A stretch of 64,000 bases of DNA from Auanema rhodensis (Eukaryota; Animalia; Nematoda): assembly GCA_964057225.1 (NCBI GenBank), contig OZ059898.1, forward strand, positions 10,354,001 through 10,418,000, in the 5' to 3' direction. Below the pieces are notes generated by a model. The model made no database searches. It was not told the origin of the DNA and saw nothing but the letters and a program-made list of their open reading frames with translations. A program made the translations under genes and the position numbers. Shown piece after piece: positions 41,339 through 54,102 of the stretch (position 1 is its first letter; the number at the start of each line of letters is the position of its first letter).

Positions 41339-41901
41339 TTCGAAAATGTTAGATTGTTTCCGAAAAATTATGAAAAGTCAAGTTCTACTGATTTGAAGAG
41401 ATTTGTAAGTTTTAGAAAAGAATTAAAGTTCAGCTATCTCTACTATTAACTGATTATCGGCTAAAATAAGGTAACAGTTTTTATTGAAAGTTTCCATGAT
41501 TAAGATTAAACAAAGAAAAAAAATCAAAGAGAAACACTTCTTGTTTACTTATTTGATTATAACACTTGAAATTCCAACAAAAGTAAAGTAAAACTGTTAA
41601 AGCGAGTAAAACTGTTGAACGATTTGAAGACAATTGTAAGTTGAAGAAAAAAATTAAAGTTTAGCTCTCTCTACTATTAACTGAATGTCGGCTGAAATAA
41701 GGTAACAGTTTTTATTAAAAGTTTCCATGATTAAGATTAAACAAAGAAAAAAAATCAAAGAGAAACATTTCTTGTTTACTAATTTGATTATAACACTTGA
41801 AAATCCAACAAAAGTAAAATAAAACTGTGAAAGCGGGTAAAACTGTTGAACTGAAACAGTCTTTATAAAATATAAATGATATATTTTTATAAAAGTGAAG
41901 T

Positions 41902-41972
41902 TGCATCGGCCGGGAATCTAACCCGGGTCGCCCGCGTGGCAGGCGAGCATTCTACCACTGAACCACCGATGC
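41902..41972 (-). pseudogene. tRNA-Gly(GCC) C56A variant
   Basis: TTAGA T-loop. Confidence 0.75.
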
Positions 41973-42535
41973 TTCGAAAATGTTAGATTGTTTCCGAAAA
42001 ATTATGAAAAGTCAAGTTCTACTGATTTGAAGAGAATTGTAAGTTTTTGAAAATAATTAAAAATTAGTTCTCTCTACTATTAACTGATTGTCGGCTAAAA
42101 TATGGTAACAGTTTTTATAGAAAATTTCCATGATTAGGATTAAACAAAAAAAAGAATTAAAGAGAAACACTTTTTGTTTACTTATTTGATTATAATACTT
42201 GAAATTCCAAAAACAGTAGAATAAAATTGAGAAAGCGACAAAAACAATTGAACGATTTGAAGAGAATTGTAAGTTTTAGAAAAGAATTAAAGTTCAGCTC
42301 TCTCTACTATTAACTGAATGTCGGCTAAAATATAGTAACAGTTTTTATAAAAAGTTTCCATGATTAAGATTAAACAAAGAAAAAAAAATCAAAGAGAAAC
42401 ACTTCTTGTTTACTAATTTGATTATAACACTTGAAAATCCAACAAAAGTAAAATAAAACTGTGAAAGCGGGTAAAACTGTTGAACTAAAACAGTCTTTAT
42501 AAAAAATAAATGATATATTTTTATAAAAGTGAAGT

Positions 42536-42606
42536 TGCATCGGCCGGGAATCTAACCCGGGTCGCCCGCGTGGCAGGCGAGCATTCTACCACTGAACCAC
42601 CGATGC
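42536..42606 (-). pseudogene. tRNA-Gly(GCC) C56A variant
   Basis: TTAGA T-loop. Confidence 0.75.
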
Positions 42607-43169
42607 TTCTAAAATGTTAGATTGTTTCCGAAAAATCATGAAAAGTCAAGTTCTACTGATTTGAAGAGAATTGTAAGTTTTTGAAAATAATTAAAAATTA
42701 GTTCTCTCTACTATTAACTGATTGTCGGCTAAAATATGGTAACAGTTTTTATAAAAAATTTCCATGATTAGGATTAAACAAAGAAAAAAAATCAAAGAGA
42801 AACACTTCTTGTTTACTTACTTGATTATACTACTTGAAATACGAAAAAAAGTAAAGAACAATTGAGAAAGCGACAAAAACAGTTGAACGATTTGAAGAGA
42901 ATTGTAAGTTTAAGAAAAGATTTAAAGTTTAGCTTTGTCTACTATTAACTGATTATCGGCTGAAATAAGGTAACAGTTTTTATTAAAAGTTTCCATGATT
43001 AAGATTAAACAAAGAAAAAAAATCAAAGAGAAACATTTCTTGTTTACTAATTTGATTATAACACTTGAAAATCCAACAAAAGTAAAATAAAACTGTGAAA
43101 GCGGGTAAAACTGTTGAACTGAAACAGTCTTTATAAAATATAAATGATATATTTTTATAAAAGTGAAGT

Positions 43170-43240
43170 TGCATCGGCCGGGAATCTAACCCGGGTCGCC
43201 CGCGTGGCAGGCGAGCATTCTACCACTGAACCACCGATGC
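43170..43240 (-). pseudogene. tRNA-Gly(GCC) C56A variant
   Basis: TTAGA T-loop. Confidence 0.75.
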
Positions 43241-43803
43241 TTCGAAAATGTTAGATTGTTTCCGAAAAATTATGAAAAGTCAAGTTCTACTGATTTGAAG
43301 AGAATTGTAAGTTTTTGAAAATAATTAAAAATTAGTTCTCTCTACTATTAACTGATTGTCGGCTAAAATATGGTAACAGTTTTTATAGAAAATTTCCATG
43401 ATTAGGATTAAACAAAAAAAAGAATTAAAGAGAAACACTTTTTGTTTACTTATTTGATTATAATACTTGAAATTCCAAAAACAGTAGAATAAAATTGAGA
43501 AAGCGACAAAAACAATTGAACGATTTGAAGAGAATTGTAAGTTTTAGAAAAGAATTAAAGTTCAGCTCTCTCTACTATTAACTGAATGTCGGCTAAAATA
43601 TAGTAACAGTTTTTATAAAAAGTTTCCATGATTAAGATTAAACAAAGAAAAAAAAATCAAAGAGAAACACTTCTTGTTTACTAATTTGATTATAACACTT
43701 GAAAATCCAACAAAAGTAAAATAAAACTGTGAAAGCGGGTAAAACTGTTGAACTAAAACAGTCTTTATAAAAAATAAATGATATATTTTTATAAAAGTGA
43801 AGT

Positions 43804-43874
43804 TGCATCGGCCGGGAATCTAACCCGGGTCGCCCGCGTGGCAGGCGAGCATTCTACCACTGAACCACCGATGC
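43804..43874 (-). pseudogene. tRNA-Gly(GCC) C56A variant
   Basis: TTAGA T-loop. Confidence 0.75.
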
Positions 43875-44439
43875 TTCTAAAATGTTAGATTGTTTCCGAA
43901 AAATCATGAAAAGTCAAGTTCTACTGATTTGAAGAGAATTGTAAGTTTTTGAAAATAATTAAAAATTAGTTCTCTCTACTATTAACTGATTGTCGGCTAA
44001 AATATGGTAACAGTTTTTATAAAAAATTTCCATGATTAGGATTAAACAAAGAAAAAAAATCAAAGAGAAACACTTCTTGTTTACTTACTTGATTATACTA
44101 CTTGAAATACGAAAAAAAGTAAAGAACAATTGAGAAAGCGACATAAACAGTTGAACGATTCGAAGAGAATTGTAAGTTTAAGAAAAGAACTAAAGTTTAG
44201 CTTTGTCTACTATTAACTGATTATCGGCTGAAATATGGTAATAGTTTTTTATTAAAAGTTTCCATGATTAAGATTAAACAAAGAAAAAAAAATCAAAGAG
44301 AAACACTTCTTGTTTACTAATTTGATTATAACACTTGAAAATCCAACAAAAGTAAAATAAAACTGTTAAAGCGAGTAAAACTGTTGAAATAAAACAGTTT
44401 TTATTAAATATAAATGATATTTTTTTATAAAAATGAATT

Positions 44440-44510
44440 TGCATCGGCCGGGAATCGAACCCGGGTCGCCCGCGTGGCAGGCGAGCATTCTACCACTGAA
44501 CCACCGATGC
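44440..44510 (-). tRNA. tRNA-Gly(GCC), consensus, subtype B flank
   Basis: Consensus body; T5 terminator. Confidence 0.95.
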
Positions 44511-45074
44511 TTCGAAAATGTTAGATTGTTTCCGAAAAATTATGAAAAGTCAAGTTCTACTGATTTGAAGAGATTTGTAAGTTTTAGAAAAGAATTAAAG
44601 TTCAGCTATCTCTACTATTAACTGATTATCGGCTAAAATAAGGTAACAGTTTTTATTGAAAGTTTCCATGATTAAGATTAAACAAAGAAAAAAAATCAAA
44701 GAGAAACACTTTTTGTTTACTTATTTGATTATAATACTTGAAATTCCAAAAACAGTAGAATAAAATTGAGAAAGCGACAAAAACAATTGAACGATTTGAA
44801 GAGAATTGTAAGTTTTAGAAAAGAATTAAAGTTCAGCTCTCTCTACTATTAACTGAATGTCGGCTAAAATATAGTAACAGTTTTTATAAAAAGTTTCCAT
44901 GATTAAGATTAAACAAAGAAAAAAAAATCAAAGAGAAACACTTCTTGTTTACTAATTTGATTATAACACTTGAAAATCCAACAAAAGTAAAATAAAACTG
45001 TGAAAGCGGGTAAAACTGTTGAACTAAAACAGTCTTTATAAAAAATAAATGATATATTTTTATAAAAGTGAAGT

Positions 45075-45145
45075 TGCATCGGCCGGGAATCTAACCCGGG
45101 TCGCCCGCGTGGCAGGCGAGCATTCTACCACTGAACCACCGATGC
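45075..45145 (-). pseudogene. tRNA-Gly(GCC) C56A variant
   Basis: TTAGA T-loop. Confidence 0.75.
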
Positions 45146-45710
45146 TTCTAAAATGTTAGATTGTTTCCGAAAAATCATGAAAAGTCAAGTTCTACTGATT
45201 TGAAGAGAATTGTAAGTTTTTGAAAATAATTAAAAATTAGTTCTCTCTACTATTAACTGATTGTCGGCTAAAATATGGTAACAGTTTTTATAAAAAATTT
45301 CCATGATTAGGATTAAACAAAGAAAAAAAATCAAAGAGAAACACTTCTTGTTTACTTACTTGATTATACTACTTGAAATACGAAAAAAAGTAAAGAACAA
45401 TTGAGAAAGCGACATAAACAGTTGAACGATTTGAAGAGAATTGTAAGTTTAAGAAAAGAACTAAAGTTTAGCTTTGTCTACTATTAACTGATTATCGGCT
45501 GAAATATGGTAATAGTTTTTTATTAAAAGTTTCCATGATTAAGATTAAACAAAGAAAAAAAAATCAAAGAGAAACACTTCTTGTTTACTAATTTGATTAT
45601 AACACTTGAAAATCCAACAAAAGTAAAATAAAACTGTTAAAGCGAGTAAAACTGTTGAAATAAAACAGTTTTTATTAAATATAAATGATATTTTTTTATA
45701 AAAATGAATT

Positions 45711-45781
45711 TGCATCGGCCGGGAATCGAACCCGGGTCGCCCGCGTGGCAGGCGAGCATTCTACCACTGAACCACCGATGC
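45711..45781 (-). tRNA. tRNA-Gly(GCC), consensus, subtype B flank
   Basis: Consensus body; T5 terminator. Confidence 0.95.
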
Positions 45782-46345
45782 TTCGAAAATGTTAGATTGT
45801 TTCCGAAAAATTATGAAAAGTCAAGTTCTACTGATTTGAAGAGATTTGTAAGTTTTAGAAAAGAATTAAAGTTCAGCTATCTCTACTATTAACTGATTAT
45901 CGGCTAAAATAAGGTAACAGTTTTTATTGAAAGTTTCCATGATTAAGATTAAACAAAGAAAAAAAATCAAAGAGAAACACTTTTTGTTTACTTATTTGAT
46001 TATAATACTTGAAATTCCAAAAACAGTAGAATAAAATTGAGAAAGCGACAAAAACAATTGAACGATTTGAAGAGAATTGTAAGTTTTAGAAAAGAATTAA
46101 AGTTCAGCTCTCTCTACTATTAACTGAATGTCGGCTAAAATATAGTAACAGTTTTTATAAAAAGTTTCCATGATTAAGATTAAACAAAGAAAAAAAAATC
46201 AAAGAGAAACACTTCATGTTTACTAATTTGATTATAACACTTGAAAATCCAACAAAAGTAAAATAAAACTGTGAAAGCGGGTAAAACTGTTGAACTAAAA
46301 CAGTCTTTATAAAAAATAAATGATATATTTTTATAAAAGTGAAGT

Positions 46346-46416
46346 TGCATCGGCCGGGAATCTAACCCGGGTCGCCCGCGTGGCAGGCGAGCATTCTACC
46401 ACTGAACCACCGATGC
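46346..46416 (-). pseudogene. tRNA-Gly(GCC) C56A variant
   Basis: TTAGA T-loop. Confidence 0.75.
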
Positions 46417-46981
46417 TTCTAAAATGTTAGATTGTTTCCGAAAAATCATGAAAAGTCAAGTTCTACTGATTTGAAGAGAATTGTAAGTTTTTGAAAATAA
46501 TTAAAAATTAGTTCTCTCTACTATTAACTGATTGTCGGCTAAAATATGGTAACAGTTTTTATAAAAAATTTCCATGATTAGGATTAAACAAAGAAAAAAA
46601 ATCAAAGAGAAACACTTCTTGTTTACTTACTTGATTATACTACTTGAAATACGAAAAAAAGTAAAGAACAATTGAGAAAGCGACATAAACAGTTGAACGA
46701 TTTGAAGAGAATTGTAAGTTTAAGAAAAGAACTAAAGTTTAGCTTTGTCTACTATTAACTGATTATCGGCTGAAATATGGTAATAGTTTTTTATTAAAAG
46801 TTTCCATGATTAAGATTAAACAAAGAAAAAAAAATCAAAGAGAAACACTTCTTGTTTAGTAATTTGATTATAACACTTGAAAATCCAACAAAAGTAAAAT
46901 AAAACTGTTAAAGCGAGTAAAACTGTTGAAATAAAACAGTTTTTATTAAATATAAATGATATTTTTTTATAAAAATGAATT

Positions 46982-47052
46982 TGCATCGGCCGGGAATCGA
47001 ACCCGGGTCGCCCGCGTGGCAGGCGAGCATTCTACCACTGAACCACCGATGC
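46982..47052 (-). tRNA. tRNA-Gly(GCC), consensus, subtype B flank
   Basis: Consensus body; T5 terminator. Confidence 0.95.
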
Positions 47053-47616
47053 TTCGAAAATGTTAGATTGTTTCCGAAAAATTATGAAAAGTCAAGTTCT
47101 ACTGATTTGAAGAGATTTGTAAGTTTTAGAAAAGAATTAAAGTTCAGCTATCTCTACTATTAACTGATTATCGGCTAAAATAAGGTAACAGTTTTTATTG
47201 AAAGTTTCCATGATTAAGATTAAACAAAGAAAAAAAATCAAAGAGAAACACTTTTTGTTTACTTATTTGATTATAATACTTGAAATTCCAAAAACAGTAG
47301 AATAAAATTGAGAAAGCGACAAAAACAATTGAACGATTTGAAGAGAATTGTAAGTTTTAGAAAAGAATTAAAGTTCAGCTCTCTCTACTATTAACTGAAT
47401 GTCGGCTAAAATATAGTAACAGTTTTTATAAAAAGTTTCCATGATTAAGATTAAACAAAGAAAAAAAAATCAAAGAGAAACACTTCTTGTTTACTAATTT
47501 GATTATAACACTTGAAAATCCAACAAAAGTAAAATAAAACTGTGAAAGCGGGTAAAACTGTTGAACTAAAACAGTCTTTATAAAAAATAAATGATATATT
47601 CTTATAAAAGTGAAGT

Positions 47617-47687
47617 TGCATCGGCCGGGAATCTAACCCGGGTCGCCCGCGTGGCAGGCGAGCATTCTACCACTGAACCACCGATGC
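47617..47687 (-). pseudogene. tRNA-Gly(GCC) C56A variant
   Basis: TTAGA T-loop. Confidence 0.75.
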
Positions 47688-48252
47688 TTCTAAAATGTTA
47701 GATTGTTTCCGAAAAATCATGAAAAGTCAAGTTCTACTGATTTGAAGAGAATTGTAAGTTTTTGAAAATAATTAAAAATTAGTTCTCTCTACTATTAACT
47801 GATTGTCGGCTAAAATATGGTAACAGTTTTTATAAAAAATTTCCATGATTAGGATTAAACAAAGAAAAAAAATCAAAGAGAAACACTTCTTGTTTACTTA
47901 CTTGATTATACTACTTGAAATACGAAAAAAAGTAAAGAACAATTGAGAAAGCGACATAAACAGTTGAACGATTTGAAGAGAATTGTAAGTTTAAGAAAAG
48001 AACTAAAGTTTAGCTTTGTCTACTATTAACTGATTATCGGCTGAAATATGGTAATAGTTTTTTATTAAAAGTTTCCATGATTAAGATTAAACAAAGAAAA
48101 AAAAATCAAAGAGAAACACTTCTTGTTTACTAATTTGATTATAACACTTGAAAATCCAACAAAAGTAAAATAAAACTGTTAAAGCGAGTAAAACTGTTGA
48201 AATAAAACAGTTTTTATTAAATATAAATGATATTTTTTTATAAAAATGAATT

Positions 48253-48323
48253 TGCATCGGCCGGGAATCGAACCCGGGTCGCCCGCGTGGCAGGCGAGCA
48301 TTCTACCACTGAACCACCGATGC
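48253..48323 (-). tRNA. tRNA-Gly(GCC), consensus, subtype B flank
   Basis: Consensus body; T5 terminator. Confidence 0.95.
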
Positions 48324-49348
48324 TTCGAAAATGTTAGATTGTTTCCGAAAAATTATGAAAAGTCAAGTTCTACTGATTTGAAGAGATTTGTAAGTTTTAG
48401 AAAAGAATTAAAGTTCAGCTATCTCTACTATTAACTGATTATCGGCTAAAATAAGGTAACAGTTTTTATTGAAAGTTTCCATGATTAAGATTAAACAAAG
48501 AAAAAAATTCAAAGAGAAACACTTCTTGCTTACTTATTTAATTATAACACTTGAAATTCCAACAAAAGTAAAGTAAAACTGTTAAAGCGAGTAAAACTGT
48601 TGAACGATTTGAAGACAATTGTAAGTTTTAGAAAAGAATTAAAGTTCAGCTATCTCTACTATTAACTGATTATCGGCTAAAATAAGGTAACAGTTTTTAT
48701 TGAAAGTTTCCATGATTATGATTAAACAAAGAAAAAAATCAAAGAGAAACACTTCTTGTTTACTTATTTGATTATAATACTTGAATTTCCAAAAACAGTA
48801 GAATAAAATAGAGAAAGCGACGAAAAAAGTTGAACGATTTGAAGAGAATTGTAAGTTTCAGAAAAGAATCAAAGTTCAGCTATCTCTACTATTAACTGAT
48901 TATCGGCTGAAATAAGGTAACAGTTTTTATTGAAAGTTTCCGTGATTAATATTAAACAAAGAAAAAAAAATCAAAGAAAAACACTTCTTGTTTACTTATT
49001 TGATTATAACACTTGAAATTCCAACAAAAGTAAAGTAAAACTGTTAAAGCGAGTAAAACTGTTGAACGATTTGAAGACAATTGTAAGTTGAAGAAAAAAA
49101 TTAAAGTTTAGCTCTCTCTACTATTAACTGAATGTCGGCTGAAATAAGGTAACAGTTTTTATTAAAAGTTTCCATGATTAAGATTAAACAAAGAAAAAAA
49201 ATCAAAGAGAAACACTTCTTGTTTACTAATTTGATTATAACACTTGAAAATCCAACAAAAGTAAAATAAAACTGTTAAAGCGAGTAAAACTGTTGAAATA
49301 AAACAGTTTTTATTAAATATAAATGATAATTTTTTATAAAAATGAATT

Positions 49349-49419
49349 TGCATCGGCCGGGAATCGAACCCGGGTCGCCCGCGTGGCAGGCGAGCATTCT
49401 ACCACTGAACCACCGATGC
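49349..49419 (-). tRNA. tRNA-Gly(GCC), consensus, subtype B flank
   Basis: Consensus body; T5 terminator. Confidence 0.95.
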
Positions 49420-50444
49420 TTCGAAAATGTTAGATTGTTTCCGAAAAATTATGAAAAGTCAAGTTCTACTGATTTGAAGAGATTTGTAAGTTTTAGAAAA
49501 GAATTAAAGTTCAGCTATCTCTACTATTAACTGATTATCGGCTAAAATAAGGTAACAGTTTTTATTGAAAGTTTCCATGATTAAGATTAAACAAAGAAAA
49601 AAAATCAAAGAGAAACACTTCTTGTTTACTTATTTAATTATAACACTTGAAATTCCAACAAAAGTAAAGTAAAACTGTTAAAGCGAGTAAAACTGTTGAA
49701 CGATTTGAAGACAATTGTAAGTTTTAGAAAAGAATTAAAGTTCAGCTATCTCTACTATTAACTAATTATCGGCTAAAATAAGGTAACAGTTTTTATTGAA
49801 AGTTTCCATGATTATGATTAAACAAAGAAAAAAATCAAAGAGAAACACTTCTTGTTTACTTATTTGATTATAATACTTGAATTTCCAAAAACAGTAGAAT
49901 AAAATAGAGAAAGCGACGAAAAAAGTTGAACGATTTGAAGAGAATTGTAAGTTTCAGAAAAGAATCAAAGTTCAGCTATCTCTACTATTAACTGATTATC
50001 GGCTGAAATAAGGTAACAGTTTTTATTGAAAGTTTCCGTGATAAATATTAAACAAAGAAAAAAAAATCAAAGAAAAACACTTCTTGTTTACTTATTTGAT
50101 TATAACACTTGAAATTCCAACAAAAGTAAAGTAAAACTGTTAAAGCGAGTAAAACTGTTGAACGATTTGAAGACAATTGTAAGTTGAAGAAAAAAATTAA
50201 AGTTTAGCTCTCTCTACTATTAACTGAATGTCGGCTGAAATAAGGTAACAGTTTTTATTAAAAGTTTCCATGATTAAGATTAAACAAAGAAAAAAAATCA
50301 AAGAGAAACACTTCTTGTTTACTAATTTGATTATAACACTTGAAAATCCAACAAAAGTAAAATAAAACTGTTAAAGCGAGTAAAACTGTTGAAATAAAAC
50401 AGTTTTTATTAAATATAAATGATATTTTTTTATAAAAATGAAGT

Positions 50445-50515
50445 TGCATCGGCCGGGAATCGAACACGGGTCGCCCGCGTGGCAGGCGAGCATTCTACCA
50501 CTGAACCACCGATGC
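50445..50515 (-). tRNA. tRNA-Gly(GCC) G52T T-stem variant, subtype B flank
   Basis: + strand GAACACGGG instead of GAACCCGGG. Confidence 0.7.
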
Positions 50516-51540
50516 TTCGAAAATGTTAGATTGTTTCCGAAAAATTATGAAAAGTCAAGTTCTACTGATTTGAAGAGATTTGTAAGTTTTAGAAAAGAAT
50601 TAAAGTTCAGCTATCTCTACTATTAACTGATTATCGGCTAAAATAAGGTAACAGTTTTTATTGAAAGTTTCCATGATTAAGATTAAACAAAGAAAAAAAA
50701 TCAAAGAGAAACACTTCTTGTTTACTTATTTGATTATAACACTTGAAATTCCAACAAAAGTAAAGTAAAACTGTTAAAGCGAGTAAAACTGTTGAACGAT
50801 TTGAAGATAATTGTAAGTTTTAGAAAAGAATTAAAGTTCAGCTATCTCTACTATTAACTGATTATCGGCTAAAATAAGGTAACAGTTTTTATTGAAAGTT
50901 TCCATGATTATGATTAAACAAAGAAAAAAATCAAAGAGAAACACTTCTTGTTTACTTATTTGATTATAATACTTGAATTTCCAAAAACAGTAGAATAAAA
51001 TAGAGAAAGCGACGAAAAAAGTTGAACGATTTGAAGAGAATTGTAAGTTTCAGAAAAGAATCAAAGTTCAGCTATCTCTACTATTAACTGATTATCGGCT
51101 GAAATAAGGTAACAGTTTTTATTAAAAGTTTCCGTGATTAATATTAAACAAAGAAAAAAAAATCAAAGAAAAACACTTCTTGTTTACTTATTTGATTATA
51201 ACACTTGAAATTCCAACAAAAGTAAAGTAAAACTGTTAAAGCGAGTAAAACTGTTGAACGATTTGAAGACAATTGTAAGTTGAAGAAAAAAATTAAAGTT
51301 TAGCTCTCTCTACTATTAACTGAATGTCGGCTGAAATAAGGTAACAGTTTTTATTAAAAGTTTCCATGATTAAGATTAAACAAAGAAAAAAAATCAAAGA
51401 GAAACACTTCTTGTTTACTAATTTGATTATAACACTTGAAAATCCAACAAAAGTAAAATAAAACTGTGAAAGCGGGTAAAACTGTTGAACTAAAACAGTC
51501 TTTATAAAATATAAATGATATTTTTTTATAAAAGTGAAGT

Positions 51541-51611
51541 TGCATCGGCCGGGAATCGAACCCGGGTCGCCCGCGTGGCAGGCGAGCATTCTACCACTGA
51601 ACCACCGATGC
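51541..51611 (-). tRNA. tRNA-Gly(GCC), consensus
   Basis: Same as consensus. Confidence 0.95.
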
Positions 51612-53329
51612 TTCGAAAATGTTAGATTGTTTCCGAAACATTATGAAAAGTCAAGTTCTACTGATTTGAAGAGAATTGTAAGTTTTAGAAAAGAATTAAA
51701 GTTCAGCTATCTCTACTATTAACTGATTATCGGCTAAAATAAGGTAACAGTTTTTATTGAAAGTTTCCATGATTAAGATTAAACAAAGAAAAAAATCAAA
51801 GAGAAACACTTCTTGTTTACTTACTTGATTATAATACTTGAAATTCCAAAAACAGTAAAATAAAATTGAGGAAGCGACAAAAACAGTTGAACGATTTGAA
51901 GAGAATTGTAAGTTTAAGAAAAGATTTAAAGTTTAGCTTTGTCTACTATTAACTGATTATCGGCTGAAATATGGTAACAGTTTTTATTGAAAGTTTCCGT
52001 GATTAAGATTAAACAAAGAAAAAAAAATCAAAGAGAAACACTTCTTGTTTACTTATTTGATTATAACACTTGAAATTCCAACAAAAGTAAAGTAAAATTG
52101 AGAAAGCGACAAAAACAGTTGAACGATTTGAAGAGAATTGTAAGTTTAAGAAAAGATTTAAAGTTTAGCTTTGTCTACTATTAACTGATTATCGGCTGAA
52201 ATATGGTAACAGTTTTTATTGAAAGTTTCCATGATTAAGATTAAACAAATTAAAAAATCAAAGAGAAACACTTCTTGTTTACTTACTTGATTATAATACT
52301 TGAAATTCCAAAAACAGTAAAATAAAATTGAGAAAGCGACAAAAACAGTTGAACGATTTGAAGAGAATTGTAAGTTTAAGAAAAGATTTAAAGTTTAGCT
52401 TTGTCTACTATTAACTGATTATCGGCTGAAATATGGTAACAGTTTTTATTGAAAGTTTCCATGATTAAGATTAAACAAAGAAAAAAATCAAAGAGAAACA
52501 CTTCTTGTTTACTTACTTGATTATAATACTTGAAATTCCAAAAACAGTAAAATAAAATTGAGAAAGCGACAAAAACAGTTGAACGATTTGAAGAGAATTG
52601 TAAGTTTAAGAAAAGATTTAAAGTTTAGCTTTGTCTACTATTAACTGATTATCGGCTGAAATATGGTAACAGTTTTTATTGAAAGTTTCCGTGATTAAGA
52701 TTAAACAAAGGAAAAAAAATCAAAGAGAAACACTTCTTGTTTACTTACTTGATTATAATACTTGAAATTCCAAAAACAGTAAAATAAAATTGAGAAAGCG
52801 ACAAAAACAGTTGAACGATTTGAAGAGAATTGTAAGTTTAAGAAAAGATTTAAAGTTTAGCTTTGTCTACTATTAACTGATTATCGGCTGAAATATGGTA
52901 ACAGTTTTTATTGAAAGTTTCCGTGATTAAGATTAAACAAAGAAAAAAAAATCAAAGAGAAACACTTTTTGTTTACTTATTTGATTATAATACTTGAAAT
53001 TCCAAAAACAGTAGAATAAAATTGAGAAAGCGACAAAAACAGTTGAACGATTTGAAGAGAATTGTAAGTTTTAGAAAAGAATTAAAGTTCAGCTCTCTCT
53101 ACTATTAACTGAATGTCGGCTAAAATATAGTAACAGTTTTTATTAAAAGTTTCCATGATTAAGTTTAAACAAAGAAAAAAAATCAAAGAGAAACACTTCT
53201 TGTTTACTAATTTGATTATAACACTTGAAAATCCAACAAAAGTAAAATAAAACTGTGAAAGCGGGTAAAACTGTTGAACTTAAACAGTATTTATAAAATA
53301 TAAATGATATTTTTTTATAAAAGTGAAGT

Positions 53330-53400
53330 TGCATCGGCCGGGAATCGAACCCGGGTCGCCCGCGTGGCAGGCGAGCATTCTACCACTGAACCACCGATGC
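53330..53400 (-). tRNA. tRNA-Gly(GCC), consensus
   Basis: Same as consensus. Confidence 0.95.
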
Positions 53401-53964
53401 TTCTAAAATGTTAGATTGTTTCCGAAAAATTATGAAAAGTCAAGTTCTACTGATTTGAAGAGAATTCTAAGTTTTTGAAAATAATTAAAAATTAGTTCTC
53501 TCTACTATTAACTGATTGTCGGCTAAAATATGGTAACAGTTTTTATAAAAAATTTCCATGATTAGGATTAAACAAAGAAAAAAATCAAAGAGAAACACTT
53601 CTTGTTTACTCACTTGATTATACTACTTGAAATACGAAAAAAAGTAAAGAACAATTGAGAAAGCGACATAAACAGTTGAACGATTTGAAGAGAATTGTAA
53701 GTTTAAGAAAAGAACTAAAGTTTAGCTTTGTCTACTATTAACTGATTATCGGCTGAAATATGGTAACAGTTTTTTATTAAAAGTTTCCATGATTAAGATT
53801 AAACAAAGAAAAAAAAATCAAAGAGAAACACTTCTTGTTTACTAATTTGATTATAACACTTGAAAATCCAACAAAAGTAAAATAAAACTGTTAAAGCGAG
53901 TAAAACTGTTGAAATAAAACAGTTTTTATTAAATATAAATGATATTTTTTTATAAAAATGAAGT

Positions 53965-54035
53965 TGCATCGGCCGGGAATCGAACCCGGGTCGCCCGCGT
54001 GGCAGGCGAGCATTCTACCACTGAACCACCGATGC
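53965..54035 (-). tRNA. tRNA-Gly(GCC), consensus, subtype B flank; retroelement inserted 68-72 bp upstream
   Basis: Consensus body; T5 terminator; LTR starts at 54108. Confidence 0.95.
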
Positions 54036-54102
54036 TTCGAAAATGTTAGATTGTTTCCGATAAATTATGAAAAGTCAAGTTCTACTGATTTGAAGAGATT
54101 TG

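Noticed and set aside
6621-53334. Recurrent small ORFs (MLACHAGDPG..., MQLHFYKK..., MKLHRPGIEPG...)
   Set aside because: They are read-throughs of the tRNA gene and AT-rich satellite, and frameshift freely with A-tract length.
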